DNA of 64,000 bases from an uncultured Candidatus Bathyarchaeia archaeon (GCA_964584965.1 CAZPBM010000068.1:2660-66659), one strand, 5' to 3'; numbered from the stretch's first letter, positions 41,869 to 52,752 are shown. The notes: generated by a model not told the origin, from the sequence alone. Made by a program: numbers and translations.

Positions 41869-42090
41869 TTATATTGTTTCAAGCTTGTATGTGACGTTTA
41901 GCCCCTTAAGAGTTTGATGAACTGCATCGCTGAGTTGCAGGACGTCATCTATTGCTACCTTCTTCTTCCAGTCATAAACATGGTCATAATATCCCTGCAT
42001 TGGTTCAAACCCCATCGTCCGTAACCTTTGAACGACTTCGGATGGAGCTGCTCCTTCACTGTTAAACCATATGGTTAGATATGTTTTCAT
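41869..42090 (-). CDS. hypothetical small protein (73 aa)
   Basis: The ORF is clean and ATG-initiated, with non-repetitive composition (MKTYLTIWFNSEGAAPSEVVQRLRTMGFEP...). I recognise no family. Confidence 0.4.
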   Translation of the reverse strand: MKTYLTIWFNSEGAAPSEVVQRLRTMGFEPMQGYYDHVYDWKKKVAIDDVLQLSDAVHQTLKGLNVTYKLETI

Positions 42091-42280
42091 ACCAAAACTT
42101 CCTCACCGAGACTCAATTCATTTATATGTCAATGCAATGAATAAAACTTTCTAATTTTTGCTTAGCTAGTTACGTTAGGTTGATGAACGGTTAACCTCAC
42201 AATGTTAATATCTTTCGAAACGTAATTTTTTACTATACGTATGTTCGTCTTTGAAATCATATTGAAGGCTGAAGAATGTC

Positions 42281-43927
42281 ATGAGACTCGAACAGCGCTC
42301 TCCTAACGCCTTTAAGGATTTCTTTCTTTTTACACTATTTTTTCTTCTTTTTTCAACTATTCTCTTGCCAGTGACGAAGGTTTCTGCTGCCACATCGGGG
42401 TTGTACCGTTACGAGTTCATCGTGGACAGCGATGGGTTTACAATCGTCAACATTACGTATACCTCTCAAGAATCAAGCGGTTCATCATGGGTTCTTGTCC
42501 CACGGTTTTCAGAGTGGGTGAACAAAACAATAAAAGGCGCAATTACTGATTGGTCGCTGCGTGACTCGGCTAATGTGACAGACGGTTCGTTCTATTTTTA
42601 TGAAGCATTTTTCTACTCGTTCATCTCTGATTCTATGGAATTCCAGTTGAACATACAATACAACATTTCTACTGGTGCAATGATAATTGAGCCGAACGGC
42701 ATATTTTTTTCACCTCAAATTGGGTTCGAACCAGGTAACAGGTTTGAGGCTGTTGTGATTTTCCCTCAGGAATTTAAAGTAAACCAAAATGAGGCCTTGG
42801 CTTACGGAGACACTTATTCATATAACCCAAGCTCTTTTTCCTCTGGACGCGTATTTTTCGACGGCATTTCAGAAACTGAAAACCTACTTCGGTTAGAGAT
42901 AGGATTCACGACGCCTGAACGAAAGCCCGACATGGTAGAGGTTACTAACGGTGTTTTTACTTTTGAAACAGTTTCAAGATACATTAAGTTTGCATCATCA
43001 ATACTTGACCTTTATAATAGAACATACAGCAGCCTTGTTGACCTGTTCAACGTCACACTGGAAAAAGCTAATGTAAAATTCTTCATTCCAGACTTCGAAT
43101 CACTGCTTTCGATAGGTGGTTATGTTCCCTTCACCTCAAACAGAATGGGAGACATCAACATTAACTTCGTTTTCACAAGATACGTGGAAGGATACATCGA
43201 AGTAATTGCTCTTCACGAGTTAGTTCACCATTTCCTATGGAAAGCAGGCGTCTCACCTAAGTCTCTATTATGGTTTCACGAAGGTATGGCGCAGTACGTG
43301 AGCATGGAAATCGCGAAACAAATGGGCTTTGAGGGAATGGAGGAAATAACGAGGCAGATGGAGGAGTCTGTTGCTTACCTGAAAGAGTTGGTCGGCGAAA
43401 ATTTTGGGTTTATTCAAGACTGGTCGATGAACCGTCAACCTCAAAACATTGGATACTACTACACAGCTGCGTATTATGTTGTAAGGTCATTGGCTGTGGA
43501 AGATGGCGAGCTCGAATATTATGCACGGTTCTTCAAAATAATGAAAGGACAATTCATATCAAGTAACGCTGAGCTTGTCTATTACTTAAGCCTCGCATCC
43601 AACAAGTCAATTGCGGAACCCTTGAACAAGTTGGGTTTCAATATTCCCGATTTGTATTTGTATTCGCCTCTGCTTGAAGAAGCCATGAGGATTCTCGACG
43701 GAATTAATCCAATTTATCAGCCATACAAGTATCTTGCAAGGCTTCTCTATGAGCAGGCCTTGTCAAAAGCCAAACAGGACACGGTGGGTGAAATGCAGTT
43801 CTTTCTTACGGTGGCAATTATTGTAGCGAAGTTGGCGCCATTACTCACCATTACTACGGTTTCTGGAGTCTTGCTTGCAGTAATATTGTTACTACTTAAA
43901 AGCAAAGGCGTGTTCTGGAATTATTAA
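42281..43927 (+). CDS. secreted, C-terminally membrane-anchored zinc metallopeptidase-like protein (peptidase MA / HExxH)
   Basis: An N-terminal signal/TM segment (FFLLFSTILLPVTKVSAA) is present. VIALHELVHHF...WFHEGMAQY matches HExxH plus a downstream glutamate, as in Peptidase_MA_2-type proteins. There is a C-terminal TM helix. Confidence 0.6.
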   Translation: MRLEQRSPNAFKDFFLFTLFFLLFSTILLPVTKVSAATSGLYRYEFIVDSDGFTIVNITYTSQESSGSSWVLVPRFSEWVNKTIKGAITDWSLRDSANVTDGSFYFYEAFFYSFISDSMEFQLNIQYNISTGAMIIEPNGIFFSPQIGFEPGNRFEAVVIFPQEFKVNQNEALAYGDTYSYNPSSFSSGRVFFDGISETENLLRLEIGFTTPERKPDMVEVTNGVFTFETVSRYIKFASSILDLYNRTYSSLVDLFNVTLEKANVKFFIPDFESLLSIGGYVPFTSNRMGDININFVFTRYVEGYIEVIALHELVHHFLWKAGVSPKSLLWFHEGMAQYVSMEIAKQMGFEGMEEITRQMEESVAYLKELVGENFGFIQDWSMNRQPQNIGYYYTAAYYVVRSLAVEDGELEYYARFFKIMKGQFISSNAELVYYLSLASNKSIAEPLNKLGFNIPDLYLYSPLLEEAMRILDGINPIYQPYKYLARLLYEQALSKAKQDTVGEMQFFLTVAIIVAKLAPLLTITTVSGVLLAVILLLLKSKGVFWNY

Positions 43928-44538
43928 GGAGTCGAGTTTTCAAGTATTTTGGCTTTATTGTTCTCCGCTTCAGTCTGAACTTTTGTATAAAGGTTGTTTC
44001 CGTACGAGTCGATGCAAATAATTAATGGCCCGAACTTTTCAACTTCGAGTACCCAAATGGCTTCAGGCACTCCCAAGTCTAACCATTGAACGTCTTTGAC
44101 GTTTTTCACATACTTGGAAGCCAAAACAGCTGCTCCTCCTGTGAAGGCACCGTAGACTGCACCAAATTCTTTTATAGCCCTTACCGTTTTTTCGCCCATT
44201 CCGCCTTTTCCAATAATTAACCTAACATCAAGATTTTTGATTACATCTCCTTCATAAGCTTCCATCCTCATACTGGTAGTTGGTCCTGCTGCTATAACAG
44301 TCCATCCTGTACTGGTTTGTCTAGCTAAAGGTCCGCAATGATATAGAGGAGTCCCATTAATCGGAAAAGGGATCTCCTTTCCATTTTTTAGGTATTGTAA
44401 TATTCTCTTATGAGCGGCGTCGCGAGCTGTAAACAAGGTTCCAGTGAAATAGACGATGTCTCCAATTCTAAGTTTTCTGATGTCTTCTTCTAGAATTGGC
44501 GTTTTAAGTTCAATTTTCTTCATATAAATCCTTTCCAA
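43924..44538 (-). CDS. class I fumarate hydratase / tartrate dehydratase family, beta subunit
   Basis: The ORF contains GDIVYFTGTLFTARDAAHKRI...YHCGP...LIIGKGGMG. It lies directly downstream of the alpha subunit. Confidence 0.85.
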   Translation of the reverse strand: MERIYMKKIELKTPILEEDIRKLRIGDIVYFTGTLFTARDAAHKRILQYLKNGKEIPFPINGTPLYHCGPLARQTSTGWTVIAAGPTTSMRMEAYEGDVIKNLDVRLIIGKGGMGEKTVRAIKEFGAVYGAFTGGAAVLASKYVKNVKDVQWLDLGVPEAIWVLEVEKFGPLIICIDSYGNNLYTKVQTEAENNKAKILENSTP

Positions 44539-44559
44539 AACTGTTAACGATATTAATTT

Positions 44560-45447
44560 TTATTGACTATAAGTCATGAACTCAACCCTTCCTTTTCCAT
44601 CTATAATAGCTGTTGCTCTTCTGGCTGCCCAACACTGAAATGCAACTGCAACTGGGTAGGAAGCAGGGTGTCTGTGTGCATACTCAACCTTAACAGCAAG
44701 AGCCGTTGTGTCACCGCCCAAACCCATAGGTCCAATTCCAGTCTTGTTGACAGCCTCGTATAGTTCTCGTTCAAACTTGGCGATTCTTACGTCTGGGTTC
44801 ATTTGGTCTAAAGGTTTTAGAAGAGCTTGTTTTGCAAGTTCCATCGCGGTGTTTGACCCCCCGCCTATTCCCACACCAATGATTGTTGGAGGACACGGCA
44901 TACCGCCAGCCTCTATAACTCTGTCTATGATGAACTCTTTTACTGATTCCAATCCATCACTTGGTGTCATCATCCTTAATGCGCACATGTTCTCTGAGCC
45001 GCATCCTTTTGGGAAAGCGGTAATTTTCAAGAAATTGCCTTTTAGGATTTTCCATTGTATGTATGGAATGTGTCTGCCAATGTTGTTATTTGTGTTTTTT
45101 TGCGTAAACGGGTCAACGGCATTTGGGCGTAATGGTATTTCTTTAGTTGCTCGTTTAACTGCTTTGCGAATAGCGTCCTCGATTTTATGTAAGTCTCTGA
45201 ATTTGGAACCAGCTTCAAGGTAAAAAGATATTATGCCTGTGTCTTGACACATAGGCGTACTTGTTTTTTCTGCCATTTCTATGTTTTCCAGTATTGCTTT
45301 GATCTGTGTTTTTCCAATCATGTTTCTCTCGTTGTTGTATGCGTTTTTTAGGGCTGTTCTCACGTCTTCTGGTAGCCTTGTTACTGATTGCCGTAAAAGA
45401 TTCACTGTGACCTCTTCAATCAAAATGTTAGTAATCAACCATTTCAT
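44560..45447 (-). CDS. class I fumarate hydratase / tartrate dehydratase family, alpha subunit
   Basis: The ORF contains PMCQDTGI, a signature of the Fe-S hydro-lyase N-terminal domain, together with GVGIGG and related motifs. Confidence 0.85.
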   Translation of the reverse strand: MKWLITNILIEEVTVNLLRQSVTRLPEDVRTALKNAYNNERNMIGKTQIKAILENIEMAEKTSTPMCQDTGIISFYLEAGSKFRDLHKIEDAIRKAVKRATKEIPLRPNAVDPFTQKNTNNNIGRHIPYIQWKILKGNFLKITAFPKGCGSENMCALRMMTPSDGLESVKEFIIDRVIEAGGMPCPPTIIGVGIGGGSNTAMELAKQALLKPLDQMNPDVRIAKFERELYEAVNKTGIGPMGLGGDTTALAVKVEYAHRHPASYPVAVAFQCWAARRATAIIDGKGRVEFMTYSQ

Positions 45448-45540
45448 CCTCTTGAAAAGGCAGAGTTAAATTTCTGTCTTTATTTTCTTTCTTCGTCTAA
45501 TTTAAATATCTTCGTGTTCTAGAATAAAGTAGAGATTTAG

Positions 45541-46527
45541 ATGGACAGCGAAGAAAGTAAAAAAAAGTTTGCCAGCATAGATGAGATTCCTGGGTTAGGT
45601 CAATCAACCGCAAATAGGTTACGTGAAGTTGGCTTCAACACCGTGGAATCCTTAGCCATGGCAACTGTGAGAGAACTGGTTCAAGCAGGCATAGGAGAGC
45701 GGAAAGCCTTTGAGATAATTAACGCCGCGCGTTCCTCAAGTTCTTTGTCTTTTATAAGAGTTGACGAGCTTGTTGAAAAAAGGCAAAACGTTATGCGGCT
45801 AACGACTGGAAGTAAAAAGCTCGATGCGCTTTTAGGAAATGGAATCGAAACTCAATCGATTACTGAGTTTTATGGTGAATATGGATCAGGTAAAAGTCAA
45901 ATCGCTCATCAACTATGTGTGAACGTTCAGCTTCCTATCGAAAAAGGAGGCTTAAACGGTGGTGCTCTTTACGTTGACACTGAAAATACTTTTAGAATTG
46001 AACGCATAACCCCAATGGCTAGGCATGTAGGTTTAGACCCGGAAGAAGCCTTTAAGCACATCATATTGGCTGAGGCTTACACGTCAGATCACCAAATTTT
46101 TTTGTTGGAAAATGCAGACAAGATTGTTAAAGAAAACAACATTCGATTAATCATTGTAGACTCTTTAACAGCACATTTCAGAAGCGAATACATTGGCAGA
46201 GAAAGCCTGGCGGAGAGACAGCAAAAACTCAATCAGCACATGCATAAACTTATCAGGCTTGCAAGAGCATTTAATGCGGTTGCGTTTGTGACAAACCAAG
46301 TTATGGCTAGTCCAGATGTGTTTTTTGAAGAGCCGGTTCGTCCTGTTGGCGGGCATATTGTTGCGCATACGAGCCACACGCGGATTTTTCTTCGTAAGGC
46401 AAAGCGTGGACCAGTTAGGATTGCTCGTCTTGTCTCTAGTCCTTATCTTCCAGAGGGTGAATGCCTTTTTATGATTACCGAAAATGGTATCGAGGATGTT
46501 GATGAGGAACAGCAGAGCGTGGAGTAA
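45541..46527 (+). CDS. radA: DNA repair and recombination protein RadA
   Basis: An N-terminal HhH region ([17 protein letters not shown]) is present. Walker A is GEYGSGKSQ and Walker B is LIIVDS, with RadA-typical spacing. Confidence 0.95.
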   Translation: MDSEESKKKFASIDEIPGLGQSTANRLREVGFNTVESLAMATVRELVQAGIGERKAFEIINAARSSSSLSFIRVDELVEKRQNVMRLTTGSKKLDALLGNGIETQSITEFYGEYGSGKSQIAHQLCVNVQLPIEKGGLNGGALYVDTENTFRIERITPMARHVGLDPEEAFKHIILAEAYTSDHQIFLLENADKIVKENNIRLIIVDSLTAHFRSEYIGRESLAERQQKLNQHMHKLIRLARAFNAVAFVTNQVMASPDVFFEEPVRPVGGHIVAHTSHTRIFLRKAKRGPVRIARLVSSPYLPEGECLFMITENGIEDVDEEQQSVE

Positions 46528-46528
46528 C

Positions 46529-46912
46529 ATGAGTGTTCCTTTAGTGCATTTAACACGGTTGTTTCAACTTCTTTCAGAAAGGAAGTTCGCTGAGGCTGAA
46601 AGGATTCTTGAAGGTATAACAGAAAGAATGAAGGGAGGTGGAATACAAGAATTTAACAGGGGTTATCTGGAAGCTTTAAGTGGGATATTCTTAACTTATC
46701 GGTCAAGTGGCGAGTCTTACGAGTTTTTCAGCAACCTTGACTTAAACGATGTTGAGGCGTTAAAAAGGCATTATATGGATTTTAAGCAGAGCAGTGAAAG
46801 CCCCTTTCATGCTGATTATGATAGAGGATACTTCTCAGCTTTAGCTGATTACATGCGTGTGGTCTTAAGAACGATAAAAGGTAAGACTGAAGCTGAGCTT
46901 AACCGTGTTTAA
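46529..46912 (+). CDS. hypothetical protein (127 aa)
   Basis: The ATG lies 2 nt after the radA stop. The protein looks helical and I recognise no family. The longer 46484 start would overlap radA. Confidence 0.4.
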   Translation: MSVPLVHLTRLFQLLSERKFAEAERILEGITERMKGGGIQEFNRGYLEALSGIFLTYRSSGESYEFFSNLDLNDVEALKRHYMDFKQSSESPFHADYDRGYFSALADYMRVVLRTIKGKTEAELNRV

Positions 46913-47175
46913 AGACTGTTTTGTATGGTATAGAGTAAAATCCACATGAAAATCCACGTTATAACGTATATGCCTACTCCTGTTTTCGTGATTGTTGTAA
47001 GATTCTCGACTTTTTCGATGAATATGCGCCTTAAAAGCCAGTCCGCGCTGAAATAGACCATGAGACCTATGCCGATACCGGCCACAAGGTTGTTTACACC
47101 TAATGCTAGGCATAGGACAGCTGTTAGTATTCCAAGCGCAATCTTAATTGTGTAGATAATGCTTAATGTTTCCAA
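46909..47175 (-). CDS. small membrane protein (2-3 TM), hypothetical
   Basis: The 88 aa ORF contains hydrophobic helices IALGILTAVLCLALGV, GIGIGLMVYF and VGIYVITWIFMWILLY. Confidence 0.45.
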   Translation of the reverse strand: METLSIIYTIKIALGILTAVLCLALGVNNLVAGIGIGLMVYFSADWLLRRIFIEKVENLTTITKTGVGIYVITWIFMWILLYTIQNSL

Positions 47176-47198
47176 TTGCTTATCTTCCTTAGGTGTCT

Positions 47199-49205
47199 AT
47201 GTTGAAGGAGGAGATGAACAGCTTCGACATCGCAGCGGTCACCGTAGAATTAGACCATAAACTTAGAGACTTCAGAGTTGATAACATTTACCAAATAAAT
47301 CCTAAAACCTTACTTTTAAACTTTCATGGAAAAGAAGGTGCACGTAGCAGTCTGTTGATAGAAGCGGGGAAAAGGGTCCACATTACTTTTTACGAAATAA
47401 AGAAACCCTCAAAGCCTATGAAGTTCTGCATGGTTCTTAGGAAATACTTACGAAACGGCGTGGTTGAAAAAGTTGAACAGCGCGGGTTTGAACGGATTGT
47501 TGAGTTGAGCATTATAAACAGGGGTGAACGGTATCGTCTTGTAACTGAGGTTTTTGGCGACGGAAACGTTATTCTGGTGGATTCAGATGAAAGGATATTA
47601 CAAGCCCTGAGTTACAAAAGAATGCGGGACAGAAACATTCTTCGAGGAGAAACATTTCATTACCCACCTCAAGTCGGTATAGACCCGAGAACTCTTAACC
47701 GCCAAAAACTGGCTGACTTAAAAAGTTGCGGATCAACTGAGGTTGTTAAGGCGCTTGCTAGGTTCTTATGTATTGGCGGATTTTACGCTGAGGAAGTTCT
47801 CCTCCGTTCTGGGATACCTAAGAATAAACCATGCGTTTCTCTTAGCAATGAAGAACTTGACTCTCTTTTCAAGAGTTTGCAAAGCCTTTTTTTGTTAGTT
47901 CAAGATGGGCATTTTAAACCGTACATTTATCTTGATGAAGATGGGAAGATGGTTGATGTTGCTCCCTTTCTTTTAAGGAGATACGCGAGTTTTAAATGCG
48001 TTCAGTTCGATGATTTTAACAAAGCTTTAGATGAGTTTTATTCGAAAACTTCAGTTGAAACACAAATCCAAGTTGATAAAGACTACGCTGACCAAGAGGT
48101 TGCAAGGCTTGAAAGAGTTCTAAAAAAACAAGAGGAGACGCTGCGTGAATCTAAACAGAAGGCTGAAATTTATAGAAAAATAGGCGATTCAATATACCAG
48201 CATCTTGGTGATTTTCAGCTTCTTCTCGAAAAGGTAATGACGGAAAAAAGAAGTGGTAAAACCTGGAAAGAAATATGTGAGGCTATAGTAAAGGAGAAAA
48301 GCGAATTAAGGATCCCATCTATTTATTTTGAGGATCTTAACCCGCAGACTTTGATGCTGCAAGTTTCGGTTGACTCTCAATCTTTTGACCTGAATCTTAA
48401 GCTTTCAGCGCAAAAAAACGCTGCTGAGTATTATGAGTTGGCGAAGAAGGCGGAAAAAAAAATTGAGGGCGCCCAGAAAGCTATTGAAACAACAAGAGGA
48501 CAAGTAGAAAAAGCTAGGCTTCTAGGAGCTGAAAAGATTGAGAAGACTTCTTTGGTATCTCATGTTAGTAGGAAAAGAGAGTGGTTTGAGAAGTTTCGTT
48601 GGTTCTACTCGTCAGAAGGGCTTCTTGTAATTGGCGGTAGGGATGCGACAACAAACGAAATTATTATCAAAAAACATGTTGAACCATACGACATGGTCTT
48701 TCACGCTGGGATTCAAGGAGCACCATTCGTCGTGATAAAAACTAAGGGGGCAACGCCCTCGGAGCAAACCATTAAAGAAGCAGCGAAGTTCGCAGCCTCG
48801 TATTCAAGCGCTTGGAAAGCAGGCATGACTTCTGTTGATGTGTATTGGGTTTGGCCTGAACAGGTTAGTAAAACTCCTCCTTCAGGTGAATTTTTGCCAA
48901 AAGGTGCCTTTATGATTTATGGGACTAAGAATTACGTTAAAGGCGTAGTTTTGGAAGTTGCAATAGGCTTGATTGGGGAAGCTCAAAACTTCAGAGTCAT
49001 CGGCGGACCGCCCGAAGCTGTTGCTCATCATACAGGAACCTTTGTTAAACTGGTTCCAGGAAAAGAAACCAGTGGAAAACTTGCAAAACAAATACGTGAG
49101 AGACTTGCGAATTTTTCATCCGAGAAAATTAGGCAGGAAGTTCAAAAGTTGCCTTTGGAGGATATTCAATGGTTTATCCCTCCGGGGGGAGGAACCATAA
49201 AATAG
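47199..49205 (+). CDS. NFACT-family ribosome quality-control protein (Rqc2/NEMF/FbpA homolog)
   Basis: The ORF has an N-terminal NFACT-N region, a central coiled coil, and an NFACT-R/DUF814 motif (FRWFYSSEGLLVIGGRDATTNEIIIKKH...DMVFHAGIQGAPFVVIK). Confidence 0.85.
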   Translation: MLKEEMNSFDIAAVTVELDHKLRDFRVDNIYQINPKTLLLNFHGKEGARSSLLIEAGKRVHITFYEIKKPSKPMKFCMVLRKYLRNGVVEKVEQRGFERIVELSIINRGERYRLVTEVFGDGNVILVDSDERILQALSYKRMRDRNILRGETFHYPPQVGIDPRTLNRQKLADLKSCGSTEVVKALARFLCIGGFYAEEVLLRSGIPKNKPCVSLSNEELDSLFKSLQSLFLLVQDGHFKPYIYLDEDGKMVDVAPFLLRRYASFKCVQFDDFNKALDEFYSKTSVETQIQVDKDYADQEVARLERVLKKQEETLRESKQKAEIYRKIGDSIYQHLGDFQLLLEKVMTEKRSGKTWKEICEAIVKEKSELRIPSIYFEDLNPQTLMLQVSVDSQSFDLNLKLSAQKNAAEYYELAKKAEKKIEGAQKAIETTRGQVEKARLLGAEKIEKTSLVSHVSRKREWFEKFRWFYSSEGLLVIGGRDATTNEIIIKKHVEPYDMVFHAGIQGAPFVVIKTKGATPSEQTIKEAAKFAASYSSAWKAGMTSVDVYWVWPEQVSKTPPSGEFLPKGAFMIYGTKNYVKGVVLEVAIGLIGEAQNFRVIGGPPEAVAHHTGTFVKLVPGKETSGKLAKQIRERLANFSSEKIRQEVQKLPLEDIQWFIPPGGGTIK

Positions 49206-49388
49206 GCATCGTTAGGAATTGTGTTTTTTCTTGTTCCGTGCATGTTGAAACTTTTTTCTTTTTATAGGCTCTGTGGAAACAATGTGGAATTGTGGATTCA
49301 GTGATTGTGCTTAAAGCTTTCATGTGTAGACTAATCTAATTATGCTTTGGTTTGATTAAGGTTGCTTTTTTTACGGATGCGTGTCTTT

Positions 49389-50426
49389 TCATTGTGTCTT
49401 TGATATTTTGTACAATCCGTTGTTTTTTTCAGTTTTGAAATTGGTTCCTAAAAACGTTGTTGCGAGCCACATGTTTGATTCGATGTGTTCGGTTAGCATC
49501 CGTGTGAGATACTCAGATTCGTCCTCTGCTAATGCTATGAATGGAATGAGCATGTCAGCTAAGTGCACATCAACCGTTGCCTTTGCCTGGATTTCAATCA
49601 GCAAGTTTTTTATGGCTTCATAGGCAACTTTCTCACTTGGTTTATGTATCTCGCCGATCGAATCGCTGCCTAATATCGCGTTGGTGTCCGTCGTGAACCA
49701 AAGGACTAATGAGCTTCCTTTCTGCAAAGGGTTTGAAAAGTCATTGACTACTTCGATTTTTGGATGGTAACCGTGAGGTGTTAAAAGTCTCTCTGCCTCT
49801 TTTGCTTGGCGCATGGCAACATTTCTGTTAGCTAGGAAAGTACAGACTGAGATGCCTTTGACTTCTGTGATTTTTCCAAATTCCGTTCGTTTAAATGGAA
49901 GCACTTTTGTGCAAGGCTGAACATCCAATGTAACTTCTCCCATGCCTTTTGGGTAATAGCCGTATTTGTTAACCTTAAGTGTTGCTTTCACACCCATCTG
50001 TTCCAATGTTGAAAGTAAGACGAAACGTATGTAATTTATTGTAGGGGAATGAAGGACATCGGTTCCTCCTTTTGAAATTGTAATGCTCACAGGTTGCTGT
50101 GCAAAGATGCACATCGGCAAAACCGTTAAAATTAACATCGGAATGCTTCCCGCGGTTCCAATCTCAGCTTTTATTTGCCCACCTACGATTTTCCTTGGTT
50201 CAAACCATAGTTCTTCTGAACCCAGGAAGGCGCCTTTGATAGTGGCGTTGCAAAGTCTTGCAGCTGCCAGAACAGCTTCTAGGTGTTGAGGCCTAAGTCC
50301 AGGTTCGCTTCGTCTTTTGCGGATATTAAAAATATGCAATGGCTCTCCTGTGATTGCAGCTAAAGCCACGGAAAGTCTAAGAATTGTTCCGCTTCCGCTC
50401 TTTTGGCTTCCATTGATCTCTATCAT
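49389..50426 (-). CDS. rtcA: RNA 3'-terminal phosphate cyclase
   Basis: The ORF contains GSQKSGSGTILRLSVALAAITGEPLHIFNIRKRRSEPGLRPQHL, the RtcA N-terminal signature. Its length of 345 aa fits the family. Confidence 0.9.
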   Translation of the reverse strand: MIEINGSQKSGSGTILRLSVALAAITGEPLHIFNIRKRRSEPGLRPQHLEAVLAAARLCNATIKGAFLGSEELWFEPRKIVGGQIKAEIGTAGSIPMLILTVLPMCIFAQQPVSITISKGGTDVLHSPTINYIRFVLLSTLEQMGVKATLKVNKYGYYPKGMGEVTLDVQPCTKVLPFKRTEFGKITEVKGISVCTFLANRNVAMRQAKEAERLLTPHGYHPKIEVVNDFSNPLQKGSSLVLWFTTDTNAILGSDSIGEIHKPSEKVAYEAIKNLLIEIQAKATVDVHLADMLIPFIALAEDESEYLTRMLTEHIESNMWLATTFLGTNFKTEKNNGLYKISKTQ

Positions 50427-50542
50427 CTAAATCCTCACATAATACTAGACTAGGTAATCATTTTTTCTTTGAAAAAGGAGTCTTCAGCTTTTTTATATAA
50501 ATAATAGGGGATAGGGTTTTTCCTTAATGGCAGACGAGGAAC

Positions 50543-51088
50543 CTACTTTGCTTTAGACAGTTCTTCGCATCTGGATTTCACTGACTCATAAGTCTTTTTT
50601 CGAAGTAATTCGCCAGACAAATTTGCTCCTCGGATGATCTTTAACCGCTTGGACAGTTCTGTGTCTCCTAGAGAAGAGACCCAAGCTTCAAAATCTCCTC
50701 TTTCAGTGTGAAACTCTATTATTTTTGTGTCCAAAGTCTTAAGTTTCTCACAAAAATCGTTTAGATTGTCAGACATTATATTTGTAGGTTGACCAATTCC
50801 CCAGTAGAAATGGAAGGCTTTGTCTTTCTCTGTTTTACTTAAAATTTTTCTTGCAAGATTCTTTTCCGTTGCTGGAAATCCGAGTGCCACCCTGCCAGAT
50901 GAAGTTATGGTGTATTCGTTATTTGCGTCTTTAACAATAAAGCCAGCCTTTACTAAGCCTAAAAGATGCATATTAACGACGCGTGGTTTCAACCCAAGCT
51001 TCTCAATAATTTGTTTTGAGCTAAGAGGCACCTCGTTAACCCACAGTAATTCGAGAATATCCGCTTTGGCTTCAGACAATTTTTCCAT
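50543..51088 (-). CDS. winged-helix DNA-binding protein with C-terminal domain of unknown function
   Basis: The N-terminal region ILELLWVNEVPLSSKQIIEKLGLKPRVVNMHLLGLVKAGFIV is MarR/ArsR-like wHTH. I do not confidently recognise the C-terminal roughly 100 aa (FHFYWG...FHTERGDFEAWV). Confidence 0.5.
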   Translation of the reverse strand: MEKLSEAKADILELLWVNEVPLSSKQIIEKLGLKPRVVNMHLLGLVKAGFIVKDANNEYTITSSGRVALGFPATEKNLARKILSKTEKDKAFHFYWGIGQPTNIMSDNLNDFCEKLKTLDTKIIEFHTERGDFEAWVSSLGDTELSKRLKIIRGANLSGELLRKKTYESVKSRCEELSKAK

Positions 51089-51241
51089 ACGTTTCCCCCA
51101 AGTTGGGTAATAACTTTCCTAATTAAGGATATCGGAGGTCAGTAATTAATGTTATTTAATTTGGGATCCTTTTACTTAAAAGCAAACGTTCGTATTATCA
51201 TTTTATGAAAAATGTTTGGTTCTGCACGTAGGGCTTAGGTT

Positions 51242-51499
51242 CTAGCTGTACATGCTTAGTACTTTTCTTATTCCGTTAATTGTCACGTGGTATCTTTCCG
51301 ACCCGTCTCTGTAGGTTTTTTGTATATACTGTGTGCTGATAAGTTTGTCAAGATTTTCTCTTACTTTCTGTGGCTCCATAACTGTCCACTGTGAAATTTC
51401 CTCTATAGACATCGATTTCTCTGAGCTTATAGCTCCAATGTTGTGAAGTAGGCAGAGAAAATAAATCTCGTCAGGCATCGAGTATCCTCTTAAACCCAA
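51242..51499 (-). CDS. small winged-helix protein (85 aa)
   Basis: The ORF contains MSIEEISQWTVMEPQKVRENLDKLISTQYIQKTYRDGSERYHVT. It starts 6 nt after the GT4 stop. Confidence 0.45.
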   Translation of the reverse strand: MGLRGYSMPDEIYFLCLLHNIGAISSEKSMSIEEISQWTVMEPQKVRENLDKLISTQYIQKTYRDGSERYHVTINGIRKVLSMYS

Positions 51500-51505
51500 T
51501 CCATG

Positions 51506-52672
51506 TCACCGTTCACACGTCTTTTTATATACTTCTGAAACCTTTCTAGCCACCGACTCCCAGCTATATTCTTCATTAACCTTCTTTTTAGCATTTTCTA
51601 TAATCCAATCAGCATATCCATGGTCAGACAGAACCTTGTTCACGCACCAAGCGAAGGATTCGGGATTTTCAGAGTATGCAAGCATTCCAGTTCTGTCGTG
51701 TTCAATGATTTCGGAAAGGCCTCCAACATTTGAGGCGACAACTGGGACGCCTGCTGTCATTCCCTCCAAAGCGACGATCCCGAATGGCTCATAAATTGAG
51801 GGAATTACTAAAACATCAGCGCTTTTTAATAGTTCTATGCGTTCAGAATCAGGGATGAAGCCTAAGAAACGTATCTTGTTTCCGTATCCAGTTGCAGTCG
51901 CCATGCTTTCTAAATTGCTGCGGGACCATCCATCTCCTACTATGAGAAACTTGGTTTCTCCGTGGTTTCTTACGATTAACGGTATGGCTCTGATTAGGTA
52001 CTCCACGCCTTTTTGAGGAACCAGCCTTCCAATGAAGACAACGAGCTTCTCGTGTGGCATAACTCCATAACGTTTTCTTACAGCCTCCTTATCTACGTCA
52101 ACAACGTATTCATGAGTGTCAATTGCGTTGGGTATTATGCTTACTTTTTCTTGTGGAAGGTGGAAGTGGTTGACGACTTCTTTCATCATAAAATTGCTGC
52201 ACATTATCACGGACTTCGCCTCGTACATCATCCACCATTCTAAGCCGTCAATCATGTAAGAATCTGGACTTTTGAGATGTTGCACTCGACCAACTTCGGT
52301 GCTGTGAACAGTGCAGACCATAGGCTTGTTCAGGTAGTTCTTTGACGCTATCCCAGAAGGAGTTGTCAGCCAATCGTGCACGTGAATTATGTCAAAATCG
52401 ATTAGATGGCTTAAGGCTGCAACCCTTTTTTCCATGAAGTGGTTAAAAATTAAGGTCCACGTTATGAAGTTAGGGTGCCCAAGTTCGATCTTTACGCGGT
52501 GCACCTTTACACCTTCCACATCCTCGAAGTCAGAAACACCGGGAAACTCTAGGGTAACAACATGCATTTCGTGACCTAGTTTTGCTAGCGCCCTTGTCAA
52601 GCCATAACAGTGTCGAGCTATGCCTCCCACGATTCTAGGAGGAAACTCCCAAGTTAACATGCACACCTTCAT
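51506..52672 (-). CDS. GT-B glycosyltransferase, GT4/GT5 glycogen-synthase-like
   Basis: The ORF contains MKVCMLTWEFPPRIVGGIARH...HVHDW...EPFGIVALEGMTAGVPVVASNVGGLSEII. I prefer the internal ATG 52670-52672 as the start. Confidence 0.8.
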   Translation of the reverse strand: MKVCMLTWEFPPRIVGGIARHCYGLTRALAKLGHEMHVVTLEFPGVSDFEDVEGVKVHRVKIELGHPNFITWTLIFNHFMEKRVAALSHLIDFDIIHVHDWLTTPSGIASKNYLNKPMVCTVHSTEVGRVQHLKSPDSYMIDGLEWWMMYEAKSVIMCSNFMMKEVVNHFHLPQEKVSIIPNAIDTHEYVVDVDKEAVRKRYGVMPHEKLVVFIGRLVPQKGVEYLIRAIPLIVRNHGETKFLIVGDGWSRSNLESMATATGYGNKIRFLGFIPDSERIELLKSADVLVIPSIYEPFGIVALEGMTAGVPVVASNVGGLSEIIEHDRTGMLAYSENPESFAWCVNKVLSDHGYADWIIENAKKKVNEEYSWESVARKVSEVYKKTCER

Positions 52673-52752
52673 TTTTGTGTGGCCACGCTTCATATTATGA
52701 CTTTTTGTGTTAAGAGCTTTATTGTCAATGTACAACTTAGCGACAAAAATTA

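Noticed and set aside
46484-46528. The extended start of the 142 aa ORF, which overlaps the radA 3' end by 44 nt.
   Set aside because: An in-frame ATG at 46529, 2 nt after the radA stop, gives a non-overlapping gene. The upstream extension is unnecessary.
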